DNA of 64,000 nt, taken from contig LSRY02000023.1 of the NCBI GenBank assembly GCA_001643675.2, forward strand, positions 186,001-250,000, written 5' to 3'. Shown here in pieces: positions 47,405 through 60,100 of the stretch (its first letter is position 1; the number at the start of each line of letters is the position of its first letter). This DNA is from Monocercomonoides exilis PA203. Its lineage: Eukaryota > Protista > Preaxostyla. The position numbers were made by a program, and so were the translations under genes. The notes below the pieces were generated by a model. That model did not search any database. It had not been told where the DNA came from and saw only the letters and a list, made by a program, of their open reading frames with translations.

Positions 47405-47880
47405 AATATGATTTATTGTCGTTTCCCTTTCTTCCACGGATGCAAATGCTCAGCCGATTCTCCACTTGGCCACGATGCGAATTATGTCGATTATAACAAT
47501 GTCTTTTTGAATTCAGACAATCCAATTTATGAATGCTACACAACAAACGCAGATGATAAGAGAGTGTGCTATGTGTATAATTATTCGAGTTCAGGGAGTT
47601 GGGTGTATGATCAAACATCAAAAAAGGATTGGCTGAAAGACAAGACGATATATGTTTCAATGAATGGAAATGATTCATATGAGCTGTGTGGGGCTAATAC
47701 AACAAATCCGTGCGAAACAGTGAAGAAAGCATTTGAGATGTGTGAGGTGCAGATAAGCTTGGCAATCACGCTGATGGATGGGAATCACATAAGCGAGACA
47801 ACAACAATTGAGATTGGATCAAAGAAGATTTCAGTTATTGGAATGGGCAAAGAGAAGAACGTGATTGGAACAGGAGCTGT
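47405..47880 (+). pseudogene. Captured internal fragment of a beta-helix receptor-family gene (copy A)
   Basis: FFHGCKCS...NPIYECYTTNADDKRVC...IYVSMNGND..LCGANTTNPCETVKKA is the same module type as in the two giant receptors. No signal peptide, TM or tail is present. Confidence 0.75.
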
Positions 47881-48699
47881 TTTGCTTTTATTCTCTGCTC
47901 TGCAGTATTTTTATTCTCTTCCTTTTATTTTTTTCATCTCCTTCAGACTCGTCTTCTTCGTCTTCTTCGTCTTCTTCATCTTCATTTATATCTTCTATTT
48001 CTGTTTTGTTATCTTCTATTACATTTCCATCATCGTCTATTTTTAATATTTTGGCTGTTGGAATTATTTGGCTGGAAGCTATGCTGAGAAAAGGAAATAA
48101 ACAAAATTTGGAAGCAGAAGAGGACCAATTTCATTGGCCGTGAGATAGAAAGCGGAGATGGAGAAGAAGGGTTTTGAGATTGAAATTGGAGGGATGAAGA
48201 AATACTAGTCGGAGGAGGAGAAGAAACGACGAGGAAGAAAAAGTGTGTGAAGAAAACTCAAAATAAAAAGGTTTGCTGTATAATTTGTTTTGTTTTTCTT
48301 GTACAAAATTAATCCTTTGATGTTTCTGTAATATTTTTTTCATATTTTTCTTTGAATAATTTTATATCATTTATTTTTTATAATTATTTTATTTCAATAA
48401 GGATTTTTGGGTAATTATTGAAAAGGGATGAAAGTGAATGGAGTTTTTAAAAGAAGACATCAGATTATAGTGGCAGAAAAAGAGAATTTGTTGAAGATGG
48501 ATAATGAAGAATGTTTGAATGTTGTTTCTATTCAGAAGCATTGAAGAATAAAGATGCTTTTCTGCTTTTAATGGGAGCTCATCGTCTTCAGCAGAAGAGG
48601 CGGGGAAAGAATCTGACTTTAGAAAATATTCTGCTACATGGCGCGGAGATGCAAAACAGGTATATAATCAAAAAATTAAAAGAGAAGGAAGCGTTTCAG

Positions 48700-50150
48700 T
48701 ATGCGAATCTCTCATCTCATCTTCTGCCCCGTTCCTTTCATCGCCTTCCATCCCTTTTGTATCCTTCTCTCATCTGATATTTTTCAATATTTCAACAGCA
48801 AATGAGGCATGTTCAACTCCGACCACATCCTTTCACCGAATCGCATGTTTTATAAGCAGCTGCTCATTCTCATCAGTGTGTGACTCATATGATGGCGGGA
48901 TTGTTCATTCCCTCAACAACCCCTTGGCCTCTCTGACTGCCTCAAACACCTCGTTTGTTGGGTGTTGTCGGACAAGAAATGTTGAATGCAATGGAACTGC
49001 AGATAATAAGAAACAGCTAGGGAGGCAGAACATACCGGAAAATGGAGATAATTCATTTATTTGGTGCGAGTGGAATGAATCAAGGACGACTGGAAGCAAA
49101 GATGATTACACTGATGATGCTTCCAATGGTGGAGCAATTCGAATGTGTTATCTCAATTCAGGAGAACTTTCAGTTTCTCATTGTTCATTCAATGATTGCT
49201 ATGCTCATTATGCTGGAGGAGGTGTCATGTGCTATGGAATCAGTTCGGTTGAGATTGAACACAGTTTTTTTAATTCTTGTGAAGGACAAAATCGCTTTGG
49301 AGGAGGAATGTTTATCAGATCAATTTTGAAATGCTTCGTGATGAGCGGTTGTGAATTCTTTAAATGCAAAGCAAGAAACGGAGGAGGAGCAATGCTAATT
49401 TATGATTTCAATGAGTCAAAATCTGATTGTACCGCAACTGTAAGTGGTACTGCGGAGAGCGCTTGTGTGTTTGAGTGCTCTTTTTCCACATGTTCTCTGA
49501 CAGGTTCACATGGTGGAGGAATGTATTGCGCAAAGGTTCCAGCTGGATTCAAAATGTCGAGCATCCAGTTCCTTTTTTGCTCCGCTTTTCAAGAAGGAGG
49601 AGGAATGGAATTGAATCCGAGTCAATCAGAAGCTCCAAGCAACAATCATTATTGTTATTTCATCTTCTTCCACGATTGAAGTTGCAGTAATTCCACTTCA
49701 TCTGGCCGCGATGTGTATTTTTCTGATGGAAACAATCTTTTTTCTTCGAACAATCCGTTCTACGAATCGTACACAACGAATAGTAATGATAAGAGAGTGT
49801 GCTATTTGGTAAATGGAGCATATCAGCATACAGAAAAGATGTGGTGGCTGAAGGAAGGGATGAAGGATCGGTATGTTGGAGTGAGTGGGAATGACTCGAG
49901 CAATCTGTGTGGGATGAGTGAGGCAGCACCTTGCAAGACAGTGGAGCATGCGGTGGGGCCAATCATGGCGCAGCTGAGCTCTTCGATCACAGCGCTTGGT
50001 GGAAAGCATATGAACGAAGAGAAGACGATCAGTGTTGGGGAAAAGAAGATTAATGTTTTGGGGAAATGAAAGGAGACGAGCGTGATTGGAACAAAATCAC
50101 TTTCATTATCTTCAACAACGCTGTTCAGTGTGACGGGTGGGCAGTTGGAG
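48700..50150 (+). pseudogene. Captured fragment of a beta-helix receptor-family gene (copy B) with in-frame stop and frameshifts
   Basis: DGGIVHSLNNPLASLTASNTSF..FIWCEWN..GGAI matches receptor 1 (DGTILPNLNSPSTSLSAFNTSF..FEWCEWN..GGAL). There is an in-frame TGA at 49677-49679, and the frame breaks near 50065. Confidence 0.8.
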
Positions 50151-50259
50151 TCGAAATATTTTTGCTGGCTGAAATAACAGAAAATCCCAGGTTAAAAGAC
50201 AGTCAACTAAAAAAAGACCATTCGTATTTGTGCTGGCTCGGATACAGCTGCCAATAACT

Positions 50260-50800
50260 GCCTTTGAGGTGTTTTAACAAAATTCTACTGCATCCTCTCG
50301 TCTCCAAGCTGCACTCCTCCCAATCTCCGTTTCCATTGCTCCCATCGCATCCCCAGCTGTTTTGGCCCATCCAGACACCAGGATCATCGAAAAATTCTTC
50401 TGTTGCGAAACATCTCCAGCTGCGCCCTGCCGAGAAATAAAAAACGAAAAAAAAAAAAGAAATAAAAAAGGTGCAACACATTAATAGCTCCCTCGTGAGG
50501 CAAACAAAATGACACACCTCCACCAGGATGGCTGAAAAGATAACTGCGTGAAAGGAAACAACGCCACCCACCGACACCAGACTGCCCCAAGCCTGCTCAT
50601 ACGGCCAATTCACTACATTTTGCAATGACAGCAAAAAGAAAGAAGCATCACAAACATGTTCCATGTGCTGACACAGCCCTCATACAGACAAATCGCTGCC
50701 CCATTTCCCAGTCAGCCCAGAGGCTCAGCAGCAGTACCACCTCAAGGATCGAATCACACCCCTCAGAGAGTCCAGTGCATTATGTCTGCTCCACGTTACA
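50260..50800 (-). pseudogene. Degenerate papain/cathepsin B-like cysteine protease fragment (with an intron remnant)
   Basis: VNWPYEQA...WMGQNSWG..GSNG...EECSLE resembles the C1A C-terminal GP.E.A / W...NSWG..WG.NG / NEC.IE pattern. A T-rich intron-like segment lies at ~50427-50479, and there are multiple stops upstream. Confidence 0.45.
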
Positions 50801-52937
50801 AATTCTTTTTCAACACGCTTTTCGTTTTTCATTTCAAATAACATATGTGCGCAATTCATTCATTGAACTTTTCCTGATCTCTTTTTAAAACAATATATTC
50901 TTCAATAATTGAGAAATGAAAGTTTTTCAAAGGCAAAACAAAAAAAAGAAATGCCTTGTATTTGTCGAGTTTTCTGTAAACTTACAGCAAAATGCAGAAT
51001 CTGAAAAACTTGAGATGAATAAGATGAGTTCTGATTAGATAAGAACATAAAAAGAAGATGGAATGAAAAAAGAAATAAATGAAGTGAATTAAAAATTAGA
51101 GAAAACAGATTTTGAAAGTCATCCACAAAAAAACTTGACGATTTTTGTGGATTTTTGAGTTGATTGCCATCCGTCCCAACGTCGCATCTTTCAAATGATC
51201 GTTTTCCTTCTCTTTCCATCTTTTCTTCCTCCTCTTCTTTCTCTCGAACCAACAGACTTCACACTTCCAATCCTTTATATCTCCTTTGATTATTATTTCT
51301 CGCTTTTCCAAAATAAATTGCCCCTGCTCTCTCGTATATTTCGTCTTCGACTCCATCTGCTGCTCCATGAGGCTTGTGCTCTTAAAAAATATCCTCATCT
51401 TTGTTTGCTGACTTTAAAAGTGCATTCTCTTTCATCGATTTCACTCCCTATAAACTCCGGCTCATCATTCTCTCTTTTCTTTTCGTTCTGCCTGCTTTTT
51501 CTGTTGTCTCTACTCCGAAATGAGCAGCTTCTTCCACTTCCTCCATCGCCAACAGGCTCGCCGAAGGTTAAACCAACATTTCTGCAGAATACGGATTTTT
51601 CACACTCAAGCACATCACGACTCCTATCATTCGCTCATCACATCTCTTTCTTCTCTTATATTTCTTATTTTTTCTTTCACAAAACATTCCTTCAAAATTC
51701 AACACAAAAACAAAGCTCAAAAATACATAACCTCATTTTCCCAATGCATTGAATGTTCCTCCTTCCTTCCTTCTGCGCTGCCATTCTTTCTTCCTAGAAA
51801 AACTACACATGAAAAGATCTGCTTTACTGGTTTCCTGCTTTCCTTCTTCCAACGAGACGTCTTGAAGCCGAATTCCAGCTGTTCATCTCTTCTTCTTCTT
51901 TTATTTCCTCTTTTATTCCACTATCTTGTCGAATAGATCCATTCCTTAAATATCTTCTCTCAACGTGTTCCTCTCTTCCATTCTCTTCATCTTTTCTTGA
52001 AAAGTTCCAATTTCGCCATTCTCACTCTCCCATTGCAAACAATTAACTTCTGTCAAAAGCAGCAATTATATCTATCTTTTATATAAATTCAATGTTTATC
52101 ACAGAATGAAAAAACAAAAATGATAAATGTTCCAATAATTTTTAATTCATTGTCAACTGTTTTTCACAATTAATAAAACATTTACCTTTATAAATGGTGT
52201 CTTTCGATAAATAATAAAAAGTAACATCTATTATTTTGCTAAGACTATTGAATAATTAAAGTAATAATTTAGTTAAGAATTTCTTCATAACAAACAATGA
52301 ATGTGAAAGTTCGATTATCCAAACAATAAAAATATTATTCTCTCTTTGAACATTGAATTGTGAAGTTGTCCTGAACTTTGCTAAGTCGAAAAATTGTGCT
52401 TTCAATTCTTTGTGATCTAAAAGTTAGAATTATGGGTTGAGAAAAAAAGAAAAAATATCAAGTTTTTGATGGAAGAATTACTCGATTTTCCATTAGCAGT
52501 TTGTTTGCAATAATTATGAGAATTAATAATATGTTAATAAAAATATTTTAAAAAGCCTTTCCAAACTGGTACAAAATAGACCTATGCCTTAATTGTTTAT
52601 AATCCACCCAAATAATTGCATATCGACCTAATACACAAATTCAAAAACAAAAAAATATCATTTTGTTATAATAAAATTAATTTCACAAAATAATATGTGA
52701 AATTCTTTTTGATTTCAGATTTTTTTCAATCACAATTTTCAAATTAACAATTTGTCGCAAATATTTAGAAATCAATCAAATGTTTTTTCAAATGTCATAA
52801 ATGAATTTCACTGTCTTTTTATGACAACACACATTTAAGGACAACAACTTTTAAGAATGAAACGCTTTTTTGAAAAAAATTTTTGAAAATAACTGTGTAT
52901 AAGAAAATTATTCACCCCACGAAAAAATATATGATTT

Positions 52938-53586
52938 GGGTGATTATTTTAGAAATTATATTTTTTCTGTAAAAAATTTTTGGTTGAATATGAGTTTAAA
53001 ATATTGGTTGATGAACATAGAAAAATAAAGACGATGTTGAATTTCATATCTTCTTTTTGCATTCATATCAAACTTTGGCTTTTGAAAATTTTCTGAAACA
53101 ATTATCATAAGGAAAAAAATTATTTCTGAATTGACGAAAAACTATTTTTAAAACAATTTTTCAAAAAATATTAAAATTTGGGTGATTATAATTGAAAAAA
53201 TAACTTATTACGGAGTGTTGTTTCTTTTGATATTTCGTTTTGAAGGATATGAATTTTTTATTCAAAAGAAAAAAAACTTGACAATTAGGGTAAAATACGG
53301 TCTTTCAAGCTTTTTTTTGCACAAGGCATAGAAAAAATTGTTACACTTATCACATTATTGAACTTTTTCAGATTTTAAAATAAATTAGATTATCAAAATT
53401 GAAAACGAACATCATTGATGAAATAACAAAATGTTCAGTGACCGCATATGCATTTCGGTGAAAGTGCAGACTTTCAAGCTTTTTTTGCACAAAGCACGAA
53501 AAAAATGTTTCACTTATAACATTTTTACACTTTGCCAGATTTCAAAATAAAAATTTCTTTCATTTCTGCAAACAAACATCATTGAT
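52938..53586 (+). repeat. Cluster of diverged GGGTGATTA-family repeat copies, including a tandem duplicated ~115-bp block
   Basis: GGGTGATTA starts occur at 52938 and ~53180. The block CTTTCAAGCTTTTTTTTGCACAA...AACATCATTGAT appears at ~53301-53419 and ~53471-53586. Confidence 0.6.
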
Positions 53587-53588
53587 AT

Positions 53589-53844
53589 GGGTGATTATTT
53601 TTGAAATCATATTTTTTCACACAAAAATTACTGTGCAAAAATATTTCTTGAATTTCAATGAAAAAAAATAAAAAAGTGAAAAGGCTTATTTATTTTTTAT
53701 TAATCTTTGATTGGGAAAAACAGTTGGTTTTTTAAAACAAAAATCATACTTCTTTTCTTTTGAAATAATAATTTCTTTAGAAAAACTTTCAATTTTGAAA
53801 AATCAATACTCCGAAAAAATATATGATTTCAAAAATAATCACCC
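53589..53844. mobile_element. MITE-like element (~256 bp) with 24-bp perfect TIRs
   Basis: GGGTGATTATTTTTGAAATCATAT (53589-53612) and ATATGATTTCAAAAATAATCACCC (53821-53844) are exact reverse complements. AT lies on both flanks and the interior is non-coding. Confidence 0.7.
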
Positions 53845-54142
53845 ATTTCAAAAATAATCACACATGTACTAAAAAATTGATAAGGGGATAGTTGTTTTTG
53901 AGAAAGAAATCTATTTTAAATATCAAAATGATAAATAAATTATAAATCAACATCAATGAGTGATGATGAAAGATAGCTTGCAAACATCAACATTTTTATA
54001 AGCATATTTTCAATTTTTGTGATACCCCAAAAGAAACATGATGCTGTGCCTTCATTTTTGATCTTTGTTTTTTTTTGAAAGCATTTTTTTGTTTTCGTCA
54101 TTGATCATAAATACCAATACAAATGCTTTGATTCATAAATAA

Positions 54143-57100
54143 ATGCTCCTATTTTCCATCTGCAAGATTATTTTGATTTTTTCGTTTTTCTCATGCGCAG
54201 ACTCATATAATCTGCAACTAAAAACTTATTTACAGAGTACTAAAAGTCTCAATGGTGCAAACAACGATTACTGGGATAATTGGCCGACTATCCAAGATAA
54301 TGACAAAACTCCGACAGTTAAGAATAAAAATTATGAAAACATAAGCGGAAAACGATCTTTAATTGAAGTTTCAGATTTCTCTCATTCGTTTACAATTATT
54401 GATTGCTCGTGGACAAATATCATTCAAGACGATAGATTTATTGTTGGGCAAAATGGAAATATTACAATACAAGATTGCAAATTCAATAAAATAACTATGA
54501 TTTCTGATAGGCCTGTGATTGAACTGAAAGGTATTCAAAGAGTTATTATTGAAGACACGCAATTTTCTGAAACATCAAGATTGTCAGATGGCTCAGTTAT
54601 TGACTTTGACATTGGAACCGATGAATCAACGCTTGACATTACCAAATGCAATTTCACGAATTGCAAATCAACAGCTGGTTGCGGTGGTGCAATTTCTGGA
54701 ACTGTTGGTAGGGGAAAATTAACAATTACTGGATGTTGGTTTTCCGAATGCACTTCCAAAAAAGAAGGAGGTGCTATTTATTTAAGGTCCGGCAATGCAT
54801 TTGAAAATCAATTTATATTGAAATGCTTAACATTTGACAGGTGCTCAACAGATTCTTCACGAGGAGGGCACTGCTTACTTATAACAAACTGGAATCGAGA
54901 AAAATATCCTATCACTGTTGAAAATTTTGCTTCCTTGAAAGGAGTTACAGACAATCCAAAAAGTATTCTCTTTACTGATTATGATGACATTATTGATACT
55001 TCTTTCTCTGTTTCTGAGATCCCTTCGTCAAAAGAATGCATCATTTCTGTTTACGTTGATGACTCAGGAAACGACGCAAATGATGGCTCAGAAGAAAAAC
55101 CAAAGAAAACTTTAGATGGCGCAGTTTCTGTTTTGGGTGATGATGACATTGTGTTGGTGATTGAATCAGTTGAATTGACTGAAGAATGGAAAATTTGCTG
55201 GAAAAAACTAGAGATCTGCCCATCTAAAAATAATTCCCTAATATATGTGAAAATATCTGGAACAGGCTCACTTGTAAATGATGAAGGTGTAGGCGCATAT
55301 AAGCTTTTATCATTCTCAAGCTCAATATTTCATTGGGAAACAAGTGTAACTCAAATATCTTCTTTTGCTTCACTTTCATTGGGATCGCTTTCATTTGAAT
55401 CGTGCAACTTCGTCTTTGAAAATACAGATATTTCGACGACTTATTCTGATGCCATGTTTTCTCTTCTCAACAAAGGCGAAGGAAAAAATGGAGGAAAGCT
55501 TTTATTAAACACAGTTTCTGTTACAGGATTTGATTGGAGCTCAAATTCTTTCATCAAGACAACAACTGGGCAGCTTGCGCTGACATACGTAGAGTTCAAT
55601 TTTGAAGGGGATATACTCAAAAAATCGTCTTTCATTTGCTGTGAGAGAGGAACTCAGATTTTTTCAATGAAAAATTGTAAGTTTGAAGATGTGTCAATTC
55701 ACATAGGAAGCGGTGCTAAAAAAAATTCAATGGCTTCATTTTTCTCTTCTTCATCGTCTTCTTCATATTCTTCTGTTATAAGAAAATCTTCATTCTTTTC
55801 AAGCACATCTTCTTCTTATTCTTCTTTGAATGCTGGCACAGAAGTTTCAAACGACGCATCGAATTCTCCTTTTATTGCAATCAATGCAGCAGATTCTGTT
55901 TCCATTGAAGGCTGCACATTTTCAGCTATTTCTTCTTCCACTTCTTTGAGTGGAGGAGCACTTTCTATCACAATTCCTTCATCACCATCATCTTCTCCTT
56001 TTCCCTTTTTGGCGATTCACAACTCCTCTTTCTCTTCTTGCGAAGCATCAGAAGCCAATGGCAGAGGAGGTGCCATCTTCTTGTCGCTTACAGGCTCTTC
56101 AGAAATCGGTGCAAATGCTATCGAACTGACTCAACTGATTTTCTCAGGCAACAAAGCAGCTAAGGGAACAGATGTTTATATTCTATATGATCATTTGAAG
56201 AATTGTATATCTGATTGGGATTTGAGCAAGACAACAAAACCTAAAATGTCACTGAACGCATTGTATGGTTGCGAAACCTCTTCTCCTTCTGGGCCAAGTG
56301 ATGAGTTCTCTCTGTATCCGTTTTTCTATTCATTTACTGACAATTCTGTGTATGTTGATTCGTCAAGTGGCGTCAATGAAGATGAAGACGATGCGTGTGG
56401 TTATTCTCAATGGCCTTGTTCAACTCTTCTGAAGGCAATGAATCACCTCAGCTCAGATGTTAATATTGTCAAAATTGTAACTTCACTTTCTGTGAATGCA
56501 GTTGTTGGTTTAAGCGGAAAATCATTTTCTTTCCAATCTTCTTCTTCTTCAAAATCTTCAGTTGAAGTCGCTATTAACTCTGGATTTACATGCAACACTG
56601 CATCTGCTTCTAATTCTGATTCTATCGCATTTAACAATCTGATTTTTAATCTTCCAAGCGAAGGTACTCCTTCTGCTGTGAAAGCATTGTTTGCTCAATC
56701 AGCAGAGCAGATAACTGTTTCCAGCTGCAATTTTGGCAAGGCAAATGCTCAAACAAAGAAGAACTGTGTTGTCAATCTTGCTGTTTTGACAGGAGGGATA
56801 TTTACTCTACAACAGACATCCATTCAAAGCATGTCTTTTTCTTCAGCACAAGAAGGAGGTGTTATTCAAGCTTCATCAGGCGCTGTACTGAAAATTGACA
56901 GATCCACATTTTCTTCTGTTGTTTTGGGAAGTGATGTGCTTATAAACTCAAATGAATGCAATTCACTGTCAATTGAAGGATCAACCTTCAATGATATTTC
57001 ATCAACTAGCCCAACAGGAACAGTGGGATTTGTGAAAATGAAACAAGGAAATGCTTTCTCTGTGAAAAGTACATCATTTTCAAAGTGCAGCGGATCTTCG

Positions 57101-60100
57101 GGCACAGCCTCTGCTTCGCTGTATCTTCAATTAGATAATTCAATTGATCCATCTTCTTTAACTGACAGTCCGTTACACGTTGAGAAGCTGACATTCACGA
57201 AAGCCGATGGACTAACAGAAGAAAAAGAGACTTTTATCTTTGTCGATGCGAAGAACCTGAAAAATATTGTTTCTTCTTCTTCATTCGTTTTTGACCCACT
57301 ACCAACAGACTTGAATGCAATGATGGGCAGAGAACGCTCGACAACTAATGAGGAATTGGATATTCCGCTGCTCGTCTATTTGTGGAGCAATTTCACTTCC
57401 ACTGGATTTGTGAGTGATAAAAATGGAGGTGATTTCAGTGGCTGTGGGTTTTCTGAAGCACCTTGCAAGACAATCAAACATATTCTCGACCTGAGATTCA
57501 ATGCATTTACACTAGATAAATCAACTGTGAAGGTTAAAACGTCATTTTCGATTGATGAGCCGTTGCTTCTGAGTTCTTCGAATAAGAAGTTAAGTCTTGA
57601 AAGCTCAGAAGGAGAGAGCACTGTGCGTATAACAGACACAGACGCCAGCAACACCCAACAATGTTTTTTTTTAGTTGGAATGGACTTTTCAATAAGCAAA
57701 ATCACTTTGTCAATTCCCGAGAATTTGAACAACTCAAGATCATCTCTGCTCACTTGCTCAGCTCAAATACTGTCTTTTCAGAATAGCAAAATTGCATTGG
57801 CTCAATCTGTTATTCGTGTTTCTTATGATGTTATTGTGGCTGAAGGAGCAGGATGTCTAAATGTGGATCATCTTTCAATGGATAATGTGTATACAGTTAG
57901 TGGAAAACATTTCATTGCATATCGAGCAATAGATGAATCGAGCGTTTCTGGAGTGATTTCTTTTCTTACTGGAACTTTCATCCACCAAGGTGAAAGTGGA
58001 ATAATTCTGATTGAAGGCAAATCAAAATGCGAGATTAAAAATGCCACTCTGTCTCATGAAAGTGATCGCGATTCATCAGCTCTTAAAGTCAAAAGCGGCA
58101 AGAGTTTAACAATTGATAATTGTACATTCCAGAAATGTAAAGTTAATTCCGCAAATGGAGGTGCAATCTTAATTGAAGAGTCAAAATCGCCAGATTTTGT
58201 TTCTGAAATCCATATTAACAACTGCATATTTGATCAATGTGAAACATTAGCTCAATACGGGGATGGCGGAGGCATTTACGCACACCCAGTTGCAAGCACG
58301 AACTTGGTTATAAGTTCATGCATATTCAAGTTATGCAAAGCTTCAGCTGAACCCACAGTGACAGGCTATGGAGGAGGTATTTATCTCGATTTGACAGCTA
58401 ATTCCAACAATTTTATCATCAGTTCTCCAACTTTTGGTGAAGGCGATAAAGTCAATTCTGCTTCATTTGGAAAAGATTTGTTTGCAAGTTCTGCCTCGCT
58501 CAAAGACAGCATCAAAGAGCAAACTCTTCCATTTGCCAAACAGATTCCAATAGAAAATGTTAATTCGATGAGAGGGTTTGATGGAAACGATAAAGACAAT
58601 GCGATTCCGCTTGTTTGTTTCTTCCATTCTTATGGCGATGTTCCATATGTGGGAGAAGATGGTGCTGATGTTAATGTGTGCGGATTTACGGTATATCCGT
58701 GCAAAACTGTTCAAAAAGCGCTGGGAAAGATAGAAAGTACTGAAAAAAGGCAAGTGTTTGTAATGGAAGGAGCGAAAATTGAGGGAGAATTGGCTGTCGA
58801 AGATATTGAGCATTTGATCATTGGAAATAGTGTCAGCCAGCAGGCCAAGCCAGTTCCAATTAAGCAAAAACTGATTATTGTGAACGGCGGAACAAACACA
58901 AAGGGAATTATAAATGCGAAAGTTAAATGCACGTTTGAGTATGTTTCATTGAACATCCCTCCCTCTTTTGGATATCATACTTCATTAATTGAGCTTTCAG
59001 TACCTGAATCTAATCTCATTCTGAACAATGACGACTTTGTTTTTTCAAGCGAATGCAATACACTCATCATAAACGCACTCCAAGGATCAGTGAGCATCAC
59101 AAGCTGTGACTTGATCAATCAGAATTTGAAATCGTCTATTCTTGAAATATCGTCTTCTGCTGTGTCTGGAACGATCGATAACTTAATAGTTGATGGAATC
59201 ACAGTTTTAAATTCACCACTAATAATTATTTCACCTGCTTCTTCTGCTTCTGTTTCTTTTTCGAATACACAATTTTCAGTCGAGAATAATCATCGTACCA
59301 ACGACGAATGCATTGTCAGCATCACAAACAGCAACTTTACGAATATTGAGCTCAGTCAAAATGCAGGTGGATGTGTTATTTCTCCGAAGCCTCAATCAAA
59401 CTTCGATGCAATTAACTGTATTGTTAATGGAACACAGTTTAGCAGCGGTACCTCGTCTTCAGACAAAGGCGGGGAGATGCTATTTACTCTTCCAGCACCA
59501 GATGGATCTTTGATGATCGAAGATTGCTCATTCATTTTGTGTTGCACTTCATCAAATGGAAGAGGAGGTGGCTTGTATCTTGATTGTATTCCGAATCAAC
59601 ATCCCGATGAAGCAAAATCTCCTGTTTTAAATTTTCATATGAAATCAGTAAATTTCTCAATGAACAACGCTTTTTATGGTAAGGATTTCTTTATCTTTTG
59701 CGACAATATCAATGAGCAAGTTACGAATGAGCTGTTTAGTTTGGATTATTCTCAGACCACATTTAAAGATGACAAAGCATTTTGTGGTACAGATGCATCT
59801 CAAACAGACATTAATCTCTTGTCGTTGATACGTTTCTACCGCTCAGAACAGATCTTTGTGTCGTCTTCAGCTCAAGAGGAAGACAGTATGTGCGGTACAG
59901 AAAACGTACCATGCAGGTCAGTTTCTGAAGGAATGAAGCATATTAACGAAGGTTATATGCGCTTTCTATGCATTATTGCTCAGGCTGACCTTGGCGGAGA
60001 AACGGTGATGAATGCTTTAAGTGTCAGGCCGTTCAGAAATGAAAATTACAAGATAAACATGATGAGAGAATATGCTAACACGACCGCTGATTCTTCGTTG

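Larger units (their letters stand above)
46703..52588. mobile_element. Non-autonomous cut-and-paste element (Merlin/IS1016-like or Mutator-like) with 161-bp perfect TIRs and 8-bp TSD, carrying host gene fragments
   Basis: TIRs at 46703-46863 and 52428-52588 are reverse complements (GGCATAGGTCTATTTTGTACC... / ...GGTACAAAATAGACCTATGCC). TTAATTGT is duplicated at 46695-46702 and 52589-52596. No recognisable transposase lies inside. Confidence 0.88.

Noticed and set aside
49677-49679. In-frame TGA aligned with a Cys of the paralogous fragment (FHD*SCS vs FHGCKCS), a possible second Sec codon
   Set aside because: It lies in a truncated, frameshifted cargo fragment with no SECIS seen. A TGY>TGA point mutation is sufficient.
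45527-53450. Outer inverted repeats as the termini of one larger element enclosing the pack element
   Set aside because: The terminal GGG/CCC motifs sit at the inner edges (45873 and 52938) and no TSD was found. Independent copies in opposite orientation explain this better.
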